Below, piece by piece: positions 59,944-64,000 of a stretch of DNA of 64,000 nt. The DNA lies in assembly GCA_965209055.1 (NCBI GenBank), contig OZ242374.1, forward strand, positions 1,664,001-1,728,000, written 5' to 3'. The first letter of the stretch is position 1; every line of letters starts with the position of its first letter. The notes beneath the pieces are model-generated. The model made no database searches. It was not told where the DNA came from and worked only from the letters and a program-made list of their open reading frames with translations. The position numbers and the translations under genes are program-made. This DNA is from Acidobacteriota bacterium (lineage in GTDB: Bacteria; Acidobacteriota; UBA6911; RPQK01; JAJDTT01).

Positions 59944-60762
59944 GTGAAGCATCCACCACAGTTCGAACGCATCATTGCAGCCCGCCATCCGGTCCACATT
60001 AAGGCCTTCTGCGTTGGTCAGGCAAAAGCTGGCACAGCATCACTCGTCGGACTGTTGTCAGCCAACTACCGTGCTGCCCATGAGCCTGAGCGCGCGGAGA
60101 CGCTTGAGGTCATCCTCCGCGAAGCTCGAGGCGAAATCTCGTCAGCGGCCATGAGGTCCTATCTTCACGATCGGGCCGCGCGGCTCGACCTTGAGTATGA
60201 CGTAGCTTGGGCGAACCAGTTCATCATCGATCACCTGTTGTCCGTATTTCCAACTGCGAGGTTCATCGTCCTGATTCGCGACTGCTACACGTGGCTCCGG
60301 TCGATCATGGGTCATTTAGTTGGCCGCGACGTACCCCGCGACGTTTTGGATTTCCTCCGGTGGTGGTTCAAGCCAGAGCTGCATCCACACAATCCTCACG
60401 ATCAAATTCTTGCGGATCTCGGTCTTTTTTCGATAGCTGCGTATCTATATGCGTGGAACCGGCACGTTGACACGTGCACCGGTTCGATTCCCGTAGATCA
60501 GCGACTGATGCTGCGGACGCACGAGTTGGACTCATCACATCAACGCCTAGCGGAGTTTCTACAGATACCGGTGGGATCGCTTGATAGCGCATCTGGACAC
60601 CGGAATCGCGGCAGGTGGTCGGAGCGGATTGAGTCCCTCGTGGAGCCAGCTTACATTGACGATATGGTCCATTCAGTCTGCGGCGCCAACATGCAGCTGC
60701 ACTTTCCCGAAATCGGAAGCATTCACGACGTTTCGAGATTAGGGGCCGATCGCGGCACCTGA
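59944..60762 (+). CDS. sulfotransferase-family protein
   Basis: VGQAKAGTASL 5'-PSB loop; FPTARFIVLIRD...W..S 3'-PB motif. Confidence 0.8.
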   Translation: MKHPPQFERIIAARHPVHIKAFCVGQAKAGTASLVGLLSANYRAAHEPERAETLEVILREARGEISSAAMRSYLHDRAARLDLEYDVAWANQFIIDHLLSVFPTARFIVLIRDCYTWLRSIMGHLVGRDVPRDVLDFLRWWFKPELHPHNPHDQILADLGLFSIAAYLYAWNRHVDTCTGSIPVDQRLMLRTHELDSSHQRLAEFLQIPVGSLDSASGHRNRGRWSERIESLVEPAYIDDMVHSVCGANMQLHFPEIGSIHDVSRLGADRGT

Positions 60763-60970
60763 TTTCCCTGTGTCAAGAAAACAAACTGGACCCTTCAGCA
60801 CCACCCATGCCGGTTTCGGGTTTGAGAGGTGATGCTTCCCGGGAGCCGGAGGAAAACGCCGCATCCTCAGCTGACGGGTTCAGCCGGCCCGGCGAGTTCG
60901 CGCGGCCGGCGAGCGAGTTAGACGAGCGTCCCAGCCAGCGCAGATCATCGGGAATCAGGGGCGTGGCTTA

Positions 60971-60998
60971 GAATACGATAAAGTATATTATGCGTATC
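60971..60998. other. dif-like site
   Basis: GAATACGATAA-AGTATA-TTATGCGTATC versus E. coli dif GGTGCGCATAA-TGTATA-TTATGTTAAAT. Confidence 0.55.
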
Positions 60999-61100
60999 TA
61001 ATGTGGCCTCTCTGGAGTCAGTCCTGAAGACTCACGTTTCGCTTACCGAAACGCAATGAATCAAGAAGGCGACAGTCTATTCCCCTTAAGATCAAGCCCC

Positions 61101-61216
61101 CCGGGTGTTCGATACGCTCATTCAGAATCTGGGGCAGTTGATAGTCGGCCGCTTCGAACTTCCGTCCCAAGAGGCGTGCCACTGCCGCGTCTTTCCTCTC
61201 GCGGGTCACTGCGTGA
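61101..61216 (+). repeat. right direct repeat of island (decayed gene 3' end)
   Basis: encodes VFDTLIQNLGQL..GRFELP, a copy of 49481-49595. Confidence 0.88.
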
Positions 61217-61237
61217 TCCTACTGTCGAGGCCGCTCC

Positions 61238-61903
61238 TCACGGGACGCGCCCCGCTACTACCATGTGCCGGTCACCCACGATCCGCACTACCAATTGCGC
61301 CAAGCCCGCTTCCCGTAGCTGATCCGATATTTCATCGGCACGATAGGCGGCCAACAGGGAATGGTAGAAGTCCCGCTGGAGGATCTCCGGTTCGTCTTCG
61401 CAATAGGTTCGAACCAGCTCTCGCGCCCGTCGGCGGCTATTAGGCCGGAGAAGGTCCATGACGAAGACTCCGCTGCCGGAGCGGGACAGCCGGTGGACTT
61501 CCCGCCACAGGATCATCGGGTCGGGCAGATGGTGGAGCAGGCTGTTGCTGACGATGGTGTCGTAGGCGGGCCGGGGGAGGGTGACTCCCGGCAGATATCC
61601 CGAATGGAGTTGTACCCTGTCCTCCACGCCGGCCTCCCGGATGGCTTGCCGGCCGTAGTCGAGCATGGCCTGGGCGGCGTCTACGCCGTGGACTCTACAG
61701 TCCGGGTAAGCATTGGCGACGCGAATGCTGATATCGGCGGACCCACAGCCCAGGTCAGCCACACAGGGTCCGACTTCCAGAACCGGGAACGTGTCCTGCA
61801 TGAGACTCAGGAATCGGCTGTGCGGTTCCTCGAAGTCGGCGTGGGCGTAGGCTCGGGCCTGTTCCTGACCCTCCATCAACTCCGGCTCGGGGACTCGTTT
61901 CAT
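61238..61903 (-). CDS. class I SAM-dependent methyltransferase
   Basis: [30 protein letters not shown]. Confidence 0.9.
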   Translation of the reverse strand: MKRVPEPELMEGQEQARAYAHADFEEPHSRFLSLMQDTFPVLEVGPCVADLGCGSADISIRVANAYPDCRVHGVDAAQAMLDYGRQAIREAGVEDRVQLHSGYLPGVTLPRPAYDTIVSNSLLHHLPDPMILWREVHRLSRSGSGVFVMDLLRPNSRRRARELVRTYCEDEPEILQRDFYHSLLAAYRADEISDQLREAGLAQLVVRIVGDRHMVVAGRVP

Positions 61904-62409
61904 GTTCTACAAGTGCTCCGGTCTCGTAATCTGTCCAAGGTGAGAAAGGTATAGTGGTTGGGGTCCGTTTTTTCCGGTTCATGGACTTCCATCCGGCGGA
62001 CCTCCCAGTGCGACTCGTCATAGCGGGGGAAGTAGGTATCCCCTTCGAAATCGTCAGGAAGCAGGGTCAGGTACATGCGGTCGGCCAGGTTCAAGGTCTG
62101 GCGGTAGACTCCGGCGCCGCCTCCGACGAAGACCTCGTTGTCACCTTGAGCGAAGCGGAGGGCATCTTCCAGGGAGGCCGCCACCTGGACCCCCGCGGGC
62201 GCATAGGAGCGCCGTCCGGTGAGTACGATGGAGATTCGGCCCGGCAACGGCCGGCCGATGGACTCGAAGGTCTTTCTCCCCATGATCAGATGGTGGCCCA
62301 TGGTGAGCCGCTTGAATCTCCGCCAATCGGCCGGGAGCCGCCACGGCAACCGGTTGTCGCGGCCGATGACGCGGTTCCGGGCCATGGCCGCGATGATGGA
62401 CAGCCTCAT
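61900..62409 (-). CDS. folA: dihydrofolate reductase
   Basis: [35 protein letters not shown]. Confidence 0.95.
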   Translation of the reverse strand: MRLSIIAAMARNRVIGRDNRLPWRLPADWRRFKRLTMGHHLIMGRKTFESIGRPLPGRISIVLTGRRSYAPAGVQVAASLEDALRFAQGDNEVFVGGGAGVYRQTLNLADRMYLTLLPDDFEGDTYFPRYDESHWEVRRMEVHEPEKTDPNHYTFLTLDRLRDRSTCRT

Positions 62410-63200
62410 ACCGATATGGGTGCCCTGATGTGGGGATGGGGATCGTAGGCTTCCAGCACGAAGTGTTCGTACCGGAAGTCGAATATCGAAGTGATTCGGG
62501 GATTCAGGAGAATGCGGGGCAATGGCCGGGGCCGGCGGGAGAGCTGCAGGCGCGCCTGATCCAGGTGATTCAGATAAAGGTGCGCATCCCCGAAGGTATG
62601 GATGAACTCTCCCGGTTCCAGTCCGCAGACCTGGGCCATCATCCGGGTCAGCAGGGCGTAGCTGGCCAGGTTGAAAGGGACGCCCAGAAAGACGTCGGCG
62701 CTCCGCTGGTAGAGCTGGCAGGAGAGGCGCCCCTCGGCCACGTAGAACTGGAACAACGTGTGGCACGGCGGAAGCTTCATCCGGTCCACGTCAGCGACGT
62801 TCCACGCGCTCACGATATGGCGGCGCGAATCGGGATTCGTGCGGATGGCCTCGATGACGCCGGAGATCTGGTCGATGCGGCGGCCGCTTGGAGTCGGCCA
62901 GGAGCGCCACTGGTAGCCGTAAATCGGGCCCAGATCGCCGTCCCGGTCGGCCCACTCGTCCCAGATGCTCACCTTGTTTTCGTTCAGGTAGGCGATGTTG
63001 GTGTCTCCCGCCAGAAACCAGAGGAGCTCATGGATCACCGACCGGAGATGCAGTTTCTTGGTCGTCAGCAGCGGGAAGCCTTGGGACAGGTCGACGCGCA
63101 TCTGATACCCGAAAACGCTCCGGGTTCCGGTCCCGGTGCGGTCGCTCTTTTCGACCCCTTCCTCGAGAATGTGGCGGAGCAGATCCAGGTAAGCTTGCAT
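62406..63200 (-). CDS. thyA: thymidylate synthase
   Basis: [26 protein letters not shown]. Confidence 0.97.
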   Translation of the reverse strand: MQAYLDLLRHILEEGVEKSDRTGTGTRSVFGYQMRVDLSQGFPLLTTKKLHLRSVIHELLWFLAGDTNIAYLNENKVSIWDEWADRDGDLGPIYGYQWRSWPTPSGRRIDQISGVIEAIRTNPDSRRHIVSAWNVADVDRMKLPPCHTLFQFYVAEGRLSCQLYQRSADVFLGVPFNLASYALLTRMMAQVCGLEPGEFIHTFGDAHLYLNHLDQARLQLSRRPRPLPRILLNPRITSIFDFRYEHFVLEAYDPHPHIRAPISV

Positions 63201-63408
63201 GGGCCCGACGGTTCCTGAGCGATTCAATCGCATTGTAGTAAACCGGAGCGACGATCCGCACGCGGCTGGCCCCCAGAAGCTTCGTTGCTGGATTCCCACT
63301 CTTCCCCTGTGTTGCCTGGTTTGAGCCGCCGCATATAGAATCGGTCCGCTCGCCGGTTGAACCGCCATGGTTTCCGGGGGTTCGGGCCGACGGAGAAGGA
63401 ACGCAGGC

Positions 63409-64000
63409 ATGCAACTCCATCCCTTTGGTAACACTGGATTTATGGTTTCTCCCCTTGGTTTCGGAGGGGCTCCGGTCGGCTACTTGGGAGAGGACCTCCA
63501 GGACGTTTCCCGCCTCCTCAACACTCTGCTGGACGAAGGGGTGAACCTCATCGATACCGCCGCCTGCTACCCGGGTTCGGAAAAACTCGTCGGCGCGGCG
63601 GTGAGTCACCGGCGCGGGGATTATGTCCTGGTCACGAAGTGCGGCCATGAAGTTGGGGGGGCCCGCGGACGCGAGTGGTCGGCCCGGCTCGTGACCAACA
63701 CGGTGGACCGGGCTCTGCGGCGCCTCCGCACGGACACCATCGACGTGATGCTGCTTCACTCCTGTCCCCTGCCGGTGCTTCAAAGGGGAGACGCGCTGGC
63801 TGCCCTGGTGCGGGCCCGGGACCAGGGAAAGATCCGCTTCGTGGGCTACTCGGGAGACAATGAAGCCGCCGCCTACGCCGCCGGCCTGTCCGACGTGGCG
63901 GTGGTCCAGACCTCCGTAAACATCTGCGACCAGTCCAATATCGATTCGGTGCTCCCCCGCACCCGGGAAGGGGGACAGGGAGTACTGGCGAAACGGCCGC
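63409..64000 (+). CDS. aldo/keto reductase (3' truncated by window)
   Basis: VSPLGFG, IDTAACY, TKCG, SLRRL-like/[17 protein letters not shown] in a frame starting at ATG 63409. Confidence 0.88.
   Translation, partial: MQLHPFGNTGFMVSPLGFGGAPVGYLGEDLQDVSRLLNTLLDEGVNLIDTAACYPGSEKLVGAAVSHRRGDYVLVTKCGHEVGGARGREWSARLVTNTVDRALRRLRTDTIDVMLLHSCPLPVLQRGDALAALVRARDQGKIRFVGYSGDNEAAAYAAGLSDVAVVQTSVNICDQSNIDSVLPRTREGGQGVLAKRP

Larger units (their letters stand above)
49596..61216. mobile_element. ~11.6 kb genomic island without visible integrase
   Basis: flanking diverged ~115-bp direct repeat, lower-GC segments, TA pair, IS1595 element, dif-like sites. Confidence 0.8.

Noticed and set aside
60865-60925. 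integron attC site after the sulfotransferase (GTTAGAC)
   Set aside because: no matching RYYYAAC inverse core and no integron integrase in the window

Overview
High-GC bacterial chromosome segment, probably Acidobacteriota (it has an acidobacterial-type VWA protein). Ankyrin, LRR, TPR and FG-GAP proteins plus an IS1595 element suggest a host-associated lifestyle (inference). The backbone carries an NtrC/kinase pair, a Cu P1B-ATPase, TPM/LemA, trmI, an M28 peptidase, tRNA-Asp, catabolic genes, a MoxR-Bat operon, a sulfatase, tRNA-Cys, bioFDA, infA, folA and thyA. Two toxin-antitoxin modules interrupt this backbone. An ~11.6 kb integrase-less island (49596-61216) is bounded by a diverged duplication of a gene 3' end and contains several dif/Xer-like sites and a third TA-like module. 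Inside the island, an LRR gene is split by a 4.8 kb IS1595-family transporter transposon (52560-57358; 30-bp TIRs, 8-bp TSD AATTGAAT). Its cargo is largely structured RNA: a Ser-type long-variable-arm tRNA with a Phe (GAA) anticodon, two aberrant tRNA-like RNAs, two copies of an unrecognised ~200-nt pseudoknotted RNA switch that can sequester a downstream Shine-Dalgarno sequence, and a tandem hairpin motif. This RNA-laden transposon is the best candidate for an undescribed system. All RNA folds and alignments were made by eye.
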